Source: Calcarisporiella thermophila CBS 279.70 (Eukaryota; Fungi; Calcarisporiellomycota). From it: a stretch of DNA of 64,000 nucleotides. The translations under genes and the position numbers were made by a program. Positions 52,924 to 64,000 of this stretch are shown here, piece by piece (positions within the stretch are counted from its first letter, which is position 1; each line of letters starts with the position of its first letter). The stretch covers positions 797,192-861,191 of the forward strand of contig NW_027192193.1 of assembly GCF_041956535.1 (NCBI RefSeq). The letters run 5' to 3'. The notes under the pieces were generated by a model. It was given only the letters and a program-made list of their open reading frames with translations. It had not been told where the DNA came from and searched no databases.

Positions 52924-53251
52924 ATGAGACCAACTCGTAAAGTGATTTGAGAAGGTGTGCTTAAAATTTCAAAAGTCTACATGCAAGTTTGAAGCAAATC
53001 TGGGAATAAACTGTGAAGTTGCTAGAAAGTTTATCGAAGAATGAAACACCCCGAAATATCATCCAGTGAAGCCAAGATATCGTCTAACGAAGCCAGACCA
53101 GAAATTCAGCACTAAGAAAGGATCGATCAAAGAATGTTCTATACTTGTCGACTTGCAGCAAGTTGTCAAAGAAGACCTCAGGAGTGTAACAAGCAAAACC
53201 ATAAAAATGATGCAAAAAGGATTCGGGGTGAAGCCCCTATTAAAAATCTAG
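52924..53251 (+). mobile_element. Decayed Tc1/mariner-like transposase N-terminal (HTH) fragment
   Basis: Interrupted translation MRPTRKVI*EGVLK / KSTCKFEANLGINCEVARKF..*..PRYRLTKPDQK..KECSILVDLQQVVKEDLRSVTSKTIKMMQKGFGVK resembles the Tc1 paired-like HTH, GRP(R)KLT linker and VSxxTI motif. TA-CAG lies upstream at about 52887. No DDE domain is visible. Confidence 0.35.
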
Positions 53252-54136
53252 GAGGTCTCTGCTGCTCCCGTATCATTTTAAAGAAGAGTTCTAGTTTGCA
53301 GCTCTACTCCTTAGACGGGATTTTCGGAATATTCAGACCATAATGATTTTTGACGAAGTCCTAGTTCCATTTTTACATACCATTAGAAAGAAATACACTT
53401 AAAAAAAAGAGTCGATTTCTGCACCTAGAGTAATATTATTCCAAGCATGAAAAAAGGGAAAGAGGCAATCTTGATTTTGGATTTGTATTTGCAGTCTTAA
53501 ATAATTCCCCGTAAGTAAAAATAATTATTAGCATCTCCATATAAGACAACAGTTGTTAAACTTGACTGCATCAAGACGTCAAACTAACTCTTTTAGGATT
53601 ATTAAATTAACTACCAGATACTTATTTTGTCCGAGCCTAAGTAATACTACGGCAATATATCAGTTTTCATGGTAATAGGTATATCAAGCTGATAGCGATA
53701 TGAACTTGAAAGTCGTTCAAATATATTTATCAAATTTATTAATCTGTATAAGTTTGCATAGTAGGATGGGGGTAAACAATACCTTGTTTGCCCCGTCTAA
53801 CAAGTTGTGATAGTGTGGTGGTATCCATACTGCAGAATTGAATATAGATGCTCTTTTGAGTTTTATCCGCGTGAAAACCACACCCAAATCTGACAAGCGA
53901 TTCATGAGTGTGGAGGCATTCGGCACTTCATAACCGAGCACCTGCCAAGGAGTCATCATTTTCATCAATTTTATTTTCTAATAAATAAATATTATCAGCA
54001 TAATGTATCATATCACAATAAAAAAGCAGCTCTTAGTTGAGTCTATAATATTATGTTCTATCGTGACAAAAGCCACCTATTACAGCAAAATAAACAGTCT
54101 ATCGAAAATCTATGGCAAATAAAATACCGTAGATTT

Positions 54137-55577
54137 TCATGGTTTCTTAGAAAGTGCAGCCATAACCCACTCGTATACAAAGAAAGTGACACAGTTCACC
54201 GGGAAAGCGCGAAGTAGAGTGGGGGCTAACCCACGGAAGAATACTCCGATGCCTTCTGAACGATACGACTTCACCGCACAATCGATAATACCGGTGTAGG
54301 ACTGACCAGAGATAGAAGTGGAGGAGGAATGAAGCGATTTAGTAGAGATTAGGAGGGGAGCCGTGACAATACCCTGAGGTTGTAGAGAGTTTGTAGGAGA
54401 AATGCGAGGCGGATGAATGTCCAAATGAGCTTGTGCTTGGATACGGCTTTTAATGACATCTAACCAAAGATTAATTCAGCCAGGTGAAGTTTGCCAAAAA
54501 AAAATTACGAAGTCTACCCAAAGGATAGATGCATGCCCATGAAATCATCCCTGCCACCCCACCAGCAAGCAAAAGTTTCCCCGTATGCTCCGTCGCTCCC
54601 TCGGCTGGTATTTCCAAATACCGCTTCATCCATTCATAACTCCAAAAATAACCACCGTATCCCGGAGCATCGCGTAGAATGGTCACCAAGCCTCCACGAT
54701 AAAAGCCTAAAAACGATTTGTTTATTTCGAAATATTATGTGACTTAGTGGTTTTTAATATCTGATGTGATTGCGTACCTCGAATGCCACTCTTCTGAACA
54801 ATATCCCTTATTACCTCCCATGTACCCTCAGTAGCAATGGCTGTATCTCCTCCGATTTTCACCTGTGCGCGACACTTTACCAATTCTGTAGGGCAACTAA
54901 CAAGAAAACAGGTAACCTATTTTTGTGTGAGCGATAACGTTACAAGATCTCCTTTAAAATGGACTATGCATTATTTACTCCTGCACCAAATCCCGCCCAA
55001 AAGATCTGATTCAGTGTGGGTTCGTCTTGGTTAGCACTGATATGTCGCAAAATACCGCCATAAGAGGCGAAGAGAAGAGCGTTTAAACCACCTAATCCGA
55101 TCACAGGGGTTATAATGCCTTTGAACAGAGACATAATCTAAAGATGAGAGAATTACTCTGCTGATGATCTTGAGTTGCAAAAATAATAAAAAAGAAAGTT
55201 ATTTACTCCTTCGGTGCGGATCATATGGTTTAGGGAAAGATGTCTTGAATGATTTTGTGAAAAGCCCGCTTGCATGCGAACCTGTCGAAATGAAGCAGAT
55301 CGGGCGACTAATTTAGCATACGAAATGGAATGCCCATGGTTTAATATATTATAGATGGAAACCTTTATAGTGTCCAATGGGCTGCCAACAAGGAGCCCTG
55401 CAGCCCCGCTTATGTAGCCTACATGCAGTAGAAATAAGTTATGAATAATTCATAAAATGACAAAAGCAGTACGCTTGCCTGCAACAAAATCATTGACACT
55501 CTCAGCTAAAGAGAGGAAGTATATATTGCAATGGGTTAGTTGAATTATAGATTTGGTCCTTTATATATCTTACCCAT
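54137..55577 (-). CDS. Mitochondrial carrier (SLC25A29/A45/carnitine-carrier-like)
   Basis: Three PxD/ExxKxR signatures (PLDTIKVR, PTELVKCR, PL|DVIKSR); RDAPGYGGYFWSYE; RAFPVN. Confidence 0.93.
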
Positions 55578-55714
55578 CTAATTGTTTGGAGAACCTATTT
55601 GAGATTTGTGCCGTATATTCCCACATGTGATATGATCGAATGGGCGGAGTGAAAAATCTGAAGATATTCTTTTTTTCCAGGGCAAGTCTATACTTTTTCT
55701 ACACCATTTCTAAC

Positions 55715-56982
55715 ATGAAAAGAGAGGCTTCACATGCTGGTTCGTGGTACACTGCTTCAGGTAATTAGCATGTTAATCGACGCATGCTATGTTGCGATGA
55801 TTCATACAATATTGCCGTTAGGCTCAAAGCTCAATAGGGAATTAGAAAATTGGATTTCCCATGTTCCTGACGAAACAGAAGATGGCGTCGATATCCCAGT
55901 GAAGGGCGCGAGAGCCATCATTGCGCCGTACGTATTTACAAATTCATCGACTCATATTTCTCTGGCATATTCATTTTTTATTTTAGTCATGCAGGTTATA
56001 TGTATAGTGGTCAAGCAGCCGCTTACGCGTACAAATGTATCGACCCTTCATTTGTGTAAGCATATTGATTGCCATTCTTACTTCTTTATTAATATTTTTA
56101 TTGCGTAACCGTATTTTTTTTAGTAAGCGAGTGTTTATCCTTGGTCCTTCGCACCATGTCTACATCACAGGTTGTGCTCTCTCTCAGTGCGACAGCTATG
56201 AGACTCCACTTGGAGATCTAATTCTAGATAAAGAAAGTAATGATTAGAGATTGCTGTCGACTATTGGTCAGGTTCATATGTTTATTGAATTCACTTTATT
56301 AGCGATTGCCGAGTTGAAGGCAACTGGCCACTTCACTACAATGAGTAAGGGCGTCGACGAGGACGAGCATAGCATTGAAATGCATCTACCTTACATTTAT
56401 AAAATTCTAGAAAAGTTCGTCGAACACCTTGGGTGTATGCAAATAGCTCCTTTTCTTACTAATGTAATTCCAATTTGCAGGAAAATTGAAACAATCAAGA
56501 TAGTCCCTGTCTTGGTTGGTGCCCTCAATGCTGAGAAAGAGGAATTCTATGGCAAACTCTTGGCTCCATATCTCGCTGACCCCTTTACATTGTTCGTGGT
56601 ATCTTCGGATTTCTGTCATTGGGGTACGCGCTTTTCCTATACCTATTATTGTGCATCTCCTTCCTCTACCCCAATACATCTCTCCTCCCGCTCGAATCGT
56701 GGTGAATTGACGATACCAATCCATGAGTCAATCGAACGTCTTGATCGTGAGGGCATGCAGGTGATTGAGACGGGAGATCATCCTAAGTTTGTGGATTATT
56801 TACGGAGAACAAAAAACACAATTTGTGGAAGGCACCCGATTGGAGTGCTCATGTGTGCGTTGAAAGAGGTCGAAGGAGATCAAGGAAAAACAGTCAAGTT
56901 TGTGCGGTATGAGCAAAGCAGTAAAGTGAGGGGTGAAAGAGAGAGTAGTGTCAGCTATGCATCTGCTTATGTTATTGTGTAG
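55715..56982 (+). CDS. MEMO1: MEMO1/Mho1 family protein
   Basis: [14 protein letters not shown]|[50 protein letters not shown]. Confidence 0.97.
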
Positions 56983-57398
56983 GTTTCCTTTTTTTGCTTG
57001 ATTCTTCATTTTTCTCAAGTTAGCATTTCATTTGTTTCTTATGGTGCCTGATAATATGTGCACTGTAAATCGTATTTTTTTTTTTTACGCGAATAACTAC
57101 GAATGTCACTGAGAACATGTCATAGAGGAGTGAGAGAAAAATACGTTCCAAATTTTGAGCTGAAAGCAGACATTTATGATCAATATAGAAGAAAATGTAA
57201 AGAAAATAGAAAGAAGAAAAAGAGGAGCTACAAGAAAATCAACGAGCGTTTTTGATGAAAGATATTATAATGTGTGAAAAATTGACTTTCAAAAATTTAT
57301 ATAAAAGAAAAAAATAGAAAGAAATAAAGAAATAAAGGAAATCCAAGCGTCCCCAAACAGATTAGGAACATTCTACCTTTATTATTTTAGCCTATTTT

Positions 57399-60300
57399 CT
57401 AGGTTTGCAAAACTTTCAATATGCTATACCGAGGATCATCCTTTCGGATGATCACACATTCTTCCCGCTCCTCTTCTCGGCGTTCCCACTCTAAGAAATG
57501 CAAATAACGCGGGTCATCCTTGAAGAATACTACGTGATCGCCCCGATCATGCTTGAGGCGTTCGAGGGCAATTAATTTAGTGTAAAGAGGTCCATGGCGA
57601 TTCAGAATGACATGATCCCCGCGATCAAGCATCCCATCCAGTGGTACAGAGGATATGTCAGACAGAGCAACAAGAGTAGAAGATTTTTGGGATATATTTT
57701 GGTGTAAATTTTGATCCGTGCTCACGACTCGGGCGGTGGAGACTGGTGCCTCTTCTTCCTGCGATATCGGCGGAGAGATTGGGGGATCGAGATGTGTTAC
57801 CTTGTTTGATTCTGCGTATATTGCTTGTGCTCTCTCGCTCTCGCTGTATTTTTCCTGTCGAATCCTACGGTATCAGATGTTAAAGAAATTGCGCTTCTTT
57901 TTCTTTTCGGAAGAAGTCTCAATACCTCTCAGCCATCTCGAAGAATTTGACTTTAATCGAATATTCAGGAATTCGGTAAGTGACCCCAGTGTAATGATCA
58001 TTCGTGTCCTGGTCATTCACTATCTGAATCTCACCATTGTTTCGCACGTAGGGATGGGGCGGGTCTTCAACCACGTCAACCTTCCGCTTGCGTTTCTTTT
58101 GCTATATAGAATAATCACACACTTAATTCAAAGTTCGTCTAATGGGAAAAGAAAAAAACCGCTGACCATCTCTTGATCCGCGTGCACAGGACACATCCAC
58201 TTGCGATTGATAGGTGGAGGGCAGGCTAAGGGAGGGTCGAGGCAGTCAAAATGCCATGCTAGCGGGCAATAGTCACATCGGAGTATAGCTCCTGCTAGTG
58301 CTGAGCGACCACATTTGTGGCATAGGTTGATGCGGCCGGATTTGTCTTTAAGCTGGTGATAATTGGGCTCCTCTATCACCCCCGTTTTCCTATTGAAAAT
58401 GCAGAAATGCTTAGTAACACGAAAGCCAGACCCTCACAAGCATGTCTCGGTACTCACCCGGTCTTTAACGGCTTCAGACTGCTTAAATCTATATATTCTC
58501 CGGATGGCCCCTCAGTTATACCCTTGAAATACGTCTTGATCCTCAAGGGAAGAGAAAATTTGCTTGGATTCCGACGATCGAGAGCATCACTGAGTTTATG
58601 AAATATGCCGGCAGCATCAGCAGGAATTGGCATACTATCCTGAGCCCGGCATAGATTGCAATTCCACTGGTCGGGCAATTCCTCATCAGAGTTTATTGGG
58701 GGATCAACGCAGGAGAGATGAAACGAGCGCTGACAGCATGCGCAGTTGATCAAATGGCCTTCGCCACCACAACTTTCGCAATAACCACCGCTACTTGTGG
58801 TCCTATGATAAGTATCATTATTTCTAGCTGAAAATCGAGTATCTGCTTTCGGCGATCTGAGGTAGGAGTCATGATTTAGCTTCAGCTACTGGAATTGATG
58901 TGCACAATTATTCTTACCTATATCTAGAGCTCCTGCTCTCATTTCGTTTCACACTACGAGTAGTCATACCGGTTCTCCGTGTTCTGTCATAGGCTAACGA
59001 ACTACCATTCTCTGAGTTGAGGTTACTCGCAGCCCTGTTTACTGAAGGAGGAGCCGACTGTTGACGCTCCAGTTTAGATGGAGCAACGCCTTCCAAAGAC
59101 GAGGGGCTCCCTGCCAAAGGTGTGCTCATTGCGGACTGCTCCCCAGTCTCATCTCCTGACTCCTGAAAAGCAGATGCCGTCAGCCGGAGAGCTAAGGATT
59201 TAGCATCTTTTTGTTCCGTGGATGCTTTATTTTGGGATTTCGAAGAGGGTGTAGATATTTTGCGGCTCTTTAATGAAGTGTCGGTAGATTCCCTATTTAA
59301 ACTAGTTTTAGTCGGCGTTTCGGTTTTCATAGGAGTATTCTGGGCTTGCGTCATATTGCCACGCGAGCTGATAGGAGAAGCAGAAAGTCGTTGACTCCTT
59401 CGAACGGGCCGCGATGCTGCAGGCTGCGAAAGGCCTCTGTGTGAGCTCGCTTCATCCATTGTTTGATCTTGCTGTGGTTTGTTCTTTTCCATCTCCATAG
59501 ATTCCGCATCAGTGGAAAGTGATTTTCTTCTATTGAACCGCCTCTTGGCTATTGAAGAATTTTCTTCTATATAATCGGCTTTGGTGGCAAAAGAATTATC
59601 AGGAGCTCGAAGCTGGCAATGACTAGCAGGTGAACCCTCTTTCGTCTCAATGGTCTTACTATCTTTGTTTTTTGAATGCTTGCTCACTGATTCGCGATTT
59701 TCATTGCCTACAACCTCCATTTCGATTGACGTTGAGTTAGAAGCAGGGGCAGATTGCTGATTTTCTACCACATTAACCTTTGGCAAATCTTTAGCGGCAG
59801 AATGTGTTTTCTCGTTTCCTCCTTTTTCAGTTTTCAGTTTTTTCGAGCGCCTTCTTCTATTGGCTCTTCTCTCTTCATTGGTGCCAAGAGGTTCCTCAAC
59901 ATCAGAACATAATGGCCGCTTTGATGCTTCCTTCTCCTTCACGGCCAACTCCAGTGAAGTGGCCTCTTCCGCACGAGGCACTGCGCTCAAGGAGGTCATA
60001 TCTCCTATTGACTTTAATTTGGAAGCTCTACGCGATCTGCGCCGATTCCCACCCACTTTTGCAGTACTTATTTTTTCTAATGCGCTGCTATTAGCTGACG
60101 CTTCTTCTGACTCGGCGCCTGACATAGATGGAGTACGTTGCCCACTGAATGAAAGTTTGATATTTGGCTTCCGCCACGAGCGTCCTCCTTTGGGAGGTAA
60201 TGGTTTGCCCTGTTGTGATGACTGTTGCTCATTATGTTGGGTATGTTCCCTTGTAGAGGATGTCTCGTGTTTAATCGGTACGTGAGAAGCATTGTTGGAT

Positions 60301-60569
60301 TCAGCATGGTTGACTTTTAACCGAATCTTCAAACGGGGAGAAGTACTCGGAGGATTAGCGGGATCCTTTTCTATGTTTGTGGGGGACGCAGAATCATCAA
60401 CGGCGTTAGAAGCACTTGTTGATGTGGATGTCGCTTCATGATGACGGGTCAGTCGAGGTGAGACACGTCGTACATTCATAGGAGCCGAAGCAGATGGATG
60501 AGCAGAAGAGCCAGATTGCTTGGAAATAGCGCTGGAGGATGATGCAGAAGAGTCTATTGCCATGCCCAT
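57399..60569 (-). CDS. Tandem PHD-finger protein, Rco1/PHF12-like (Rpd3S subunit)
   Basis: PHD1 CESCGGEGHLINCACCQRSFHLSCVDPP...WNCNLC; NPSKFSLP linker; PHD2 CHKC...CDYCPLAWHFDCLDPP...WMCPVH; long disordered N-terminus. Confidence 0.85.
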
Positions 60570-61632
60570 CAGAATCTATTGGGATTTGCACAAATGTCTG
60601 CGTGTGTTCGCACTCTGCGCTTTTGCTCAAGTTTAAATCGATGGATTATTGGAATCAATAGAGTTGCGGTTAACGCCTAATACGCATATAAAACGGAGTT
60701 GGACAAGGTAAAGCGACGTGTACCAAATATAAACAACAAAGCTGAAAAGCTCTATGCAGACGCTAAGACCCTATAGTATGAATATTTTGGTCAGAAAAAT
60801 ATCTATGCTCGCTTGGAAGAGAAAACCCTCAAGTCATCCATAAACAAAAAATAAATGCTCCAGAGCAAATACACTCTTTTATGAATCACAATATAGAACA
60901 CACAAAATGGACGCTGTGGATTCAATTCGCTCTTCTCTGCTATTTTAGACAACAATATATTGTTCTCTGCCTCCAAAAAGTATATAATAATTTTGTAGAG
61001 GTTTTCCCGTGTTTTCAAAATATCTAGGCGGAAAGCCATCAAAAGAAAAGGGCATACCCTATTGAAGGAGCGAGGAACACCAAGTAACTTGTTGGATGGG
61101 GGTTGTAGCTGCACTATATCTAAGTGCATAAAGGCAAAGATAAAAGCAATGAGGCTTAATTCCAGAAAATATAACAAATGTTAGCCGCTCAGAAGGAATC
61201 GCGGGCGACCTGCTTTAGAAAGGAATCGACTGGGGATGGCTACCTTTGTTGAAAGTGAAGAGATATGTCCCGTTGTCTGTCAATCAGTTTAATATAGCAA
61301 AGGAGTCATGCGATCTCCTATTGAATAATAAAATAGGAAACAGCATAGAAAAATGAAAATTTTTGCAGTACGATCAGACAGGCCAAAGCGCGGTAACGTC
61401 TACAAAAAATGTACGCTTTATCTTTTGCCTATAGATTCCATACGCTAATACTCAAGTATAAACTAATATTAGAACAAACACAACTAAAAAGGATAAAGAA
61501 AAACAATAAAAAGAAAAAAAGCTATCCAATATTTATTCCAATTATTTACAAAGATCATGTAAACCAAAAAAAAAGAGTTAAAGAGAAAATAGCAACATGC
61601 ATTTCTGAAAATACAATAGCAGATATAAGTCA

Positions 61633-64000
61633 TTAGCTTCTAGAAGCGTCGATTCTTTCCAATGAAGCCCTGTATTCCATAACTATCCGTTGCAAGTGGC
61701 GGTTCCGAGCTAGAATTGGCAGGATTTCGCGCAATAAATCTCGCTTCGCCAGTCCGAGAATGGTTGGCGACCAGTCGGGGTGTTCATCGATCCCTCCTGT
61801 TTCCATACGCTGTACTGGCCCAAGGAACTCTCGACATAACTCTTCCACCTTGGTCAACTCGCCTCTATCTGAGAGCTTCCTTGCATAGTTGTGCAGCCAG
61901 TGTCTGTACTCCTCGTCAGGTACCTTCAATAATTCAGCGCTAAGCAATTGATTTTCTAAGTGTGCCATCGTGATTGCACTCTGTGACCCTTCGTCGATCT
62001 TGGCCAGCTCCCTCGCTAGGGTGGAACGAGAGCCCGAATCGGTAAATGCCGATGCGCTCCTTTGAAGCTGTGTCAACACTCCTGGTTGCTGCGTTAGGTC
62101 GTTGCCAAAATCTTCCCCAGTGGTCCAGAAATCTGACACTCGATGCCACGAATCAACAGCGCGAACCCATACTCGCATTTCTAAATGATAAGCGAATGCA
62201 CGGCCCGTAGAGGTGAGAAGGACAGGGGTTCCGTCGGGGCGAACCGAAGCACTGGTAATGAGGGAAGAAGAATGGAGAGAATCATCACTGAGGGTCGAAG
62301 TTTGGAGGATGGGGCCGGCAGAGACTGCCGAAAGTAGAGCGGCTCGTTTTTGAATATCCCTTTGATAAATATGGTTTAATATGGATAATGAAGTAAAAAA
62401 AAATAAGTGAACTTCTACTCACCAGACGTAAACTAATCCCACTTGAGTCACGCATAATAGGTACCGTAGGCCTGAGTCTAAAAATGAAACCTGTGCCTCT
62501 AGCACGATAGTGGGTAGCAGGCGTCTTCCAGAGTGAGAATATATATGGAGAGAACCGTCCTCACATGCAACTGCACAAAATCGTTGATTGCCAGACATCA
62601 GGAGTACTGGACTTGACAAGCAGTCTGTCCAGAGGATTGATCCCTGCGAGCTGGCAATTAACTTCGAAGACTCTAAAAATGGATCGAGAGAATGAATATA
62701 ACAAGAAGAGAAAATGTATTCAGACCATCTCATCTATACCTTTTTCTCGACCGTTTTGCGCCTCTAGCGACAGTTTTTTCCCACCAGTCCACTCGTTGAA
62801 AAGCCGTGATCTGATCTTAGGGGTTTGTAACCTAATCTGCGAATACGCGACTACTGGAGGAACGATAGCACTTCGAGCTGGATTCTGTTCGTACAAAAAA
62901 AATTATTAATGCTGTTGATCAAAAATATATGTAGCGCTAACCAACCTCTATAATCTCTCCATTGGTAGCAATCTTTTTTCTCTTTTCATCTGAGCCAGTC
63001 TGCTTGTGAGTTGTGGACGTGGGTTGTTCTTTTCGTTTATAACCCAATACAAGACTGGATACGCCACCATTGGGAAGAACGCTCGTCGGGCCATCCATTT
63101 CCATTGGAGTTGCTTGGCTCAGTGAGAAGCCTGAAGAAATTGCGTCAGTTGGCTATATATGGAATAATTTATATCAATTTTCTAAATGCCATATCGTCTA
63201 GTAAACTCTATTAAATCTACCCTAGCCGAGAACTTTTCGTTTGGAGTACTTTGTTTCGTTTCTACTTTACGCTGATCTCCGTTAGAGGGCTGGGCAGAGG
63301 GAACCGATAGTCCTCGGAGAAAAGTTGGCTGCACTCGCTTTTTACCACTTTTTGTGATAGTCACCTTCTGTTGTAATGGTGTCTCGGGTTGATCACGACA
63401 TCCAGAAGTAATCGTATGGGAAGAGGAATCAGGTATAGGAGTTGTCTTTGACTCGAACGATGTTGGTGGAGGATTTTCGGGGACAAGGCTAGTATTATCG
63501 CTTTGAGCCTGTGTAGCTGTAGGAGTGGTAGCAGTCTGTTGCTTGAGAGGCGAAGTTTCTGATGGAGCCGGTGTTGATGCACTAGTACTCTTAGGAGTGT
63601 CTGCTGTAATAGTTGGAGGGGCTTCAGATCCCATAAGATCCATTATCCGCTTAGATGATATGTTCTTCGAGCGAACGGCAAACTCCTCTTCCAAAGCAAG
63701 CTGTTCGGGATTTTCAGCGAGTATGGTCGTTTTCTTTTTATAGCCAAACTTGGTCAAAAGTTTTTCCTAAGGGTTTTAATATTATAAATTAGTAGAACGT
63801 ATATTTAGATCGAGAGGGCAAGGAAAAGCGTATGTCTACCTTCTCCTCTAGAGGAACGGGTTCACCCAACTCATCAACGTCAAACAAAAATACTGCAACT
63901 GTACCATCATAGGAACAAGCAGCCGCAAATCTTCCATCTGGACCCCTTTAAAGTTAAAAACTGACAGTTAATTTTTGATTAATATAGATAGAAAAATCAA
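61633..64000 (-). CDS. HIR1: Histone chaperone HIRA/Hir1 (3' part; start lies outside the window)
   Basis: Final WD40 (PDGRFAAACSYDGTVA), B-domain QKVTITKSGKKRVQP, and Hira domain (AVACEDGSLHIYSHSGRRLLP; ITMAHLENQL; EELCREFLGP). Confidence 0.95.

Noticed and set aside
53220-53251. GATTCGGGGTGAAGCCC resembling U12 snRNA, or a Helitron 3' hairpin plus CTAG
   Set aside because: The U12 5' end and branch-pairing motifs are absent, CTAG is not followed by T, and the segment lies inside the Tc1-like frame.
53928-53978. Possible minus-strand exon ending GARL-stop (PTS1-like)
   Set aside because: No in-frame donor links it to a gene, and the upstream gene is a membrane carrier that has already terminated.

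Overview
Gene-dense, intron-rich eukaryotic DNA from a fungus. Gene content (Zn2Cys6 factor, AreA-type GATA factor, AA11 LPMO, Kre9-like GPI protein, alongside animal-like CYRI, FAM114A and a full-length DMXL/Rav1) suggests an early-diverging, Mucoromycota-like lineage; this is an inference. I can support 23 protein-coding genes (HIRA runs off the right edge), mostly conserved housekeeping, trafficking and chromatin genes. There is one N-gap flanked by an identical 285-bp duplication (probably an assembly artefact) and a decayed Tc1-like transposase fragment. I found no tRNA, rRNA, snRNA or CRISPR features. The most notable observations are: (i) a PNUTS/PPP1R10 orthologue fused to an N-terminal homeodomain, combining the plant LUMINIDEPENDENS layout with the animal C-terminal CCCH finger; (ii) an intact alpha/beta-hydrolase that has lost both its nucleophile Ser and its oxyanion motif; (iii) CYRI and FAM114A homologues in a fungus; (iv) a secreted H2O2-producing AA5 oxidase 4.5 kb from an AA11 LPMO; (v) four GC-AG introns; (vi) two structured intergenic segments that are ncRNA candidates. 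CDS coordinates are start-to-stop gene spans including introns, spliced by eye.
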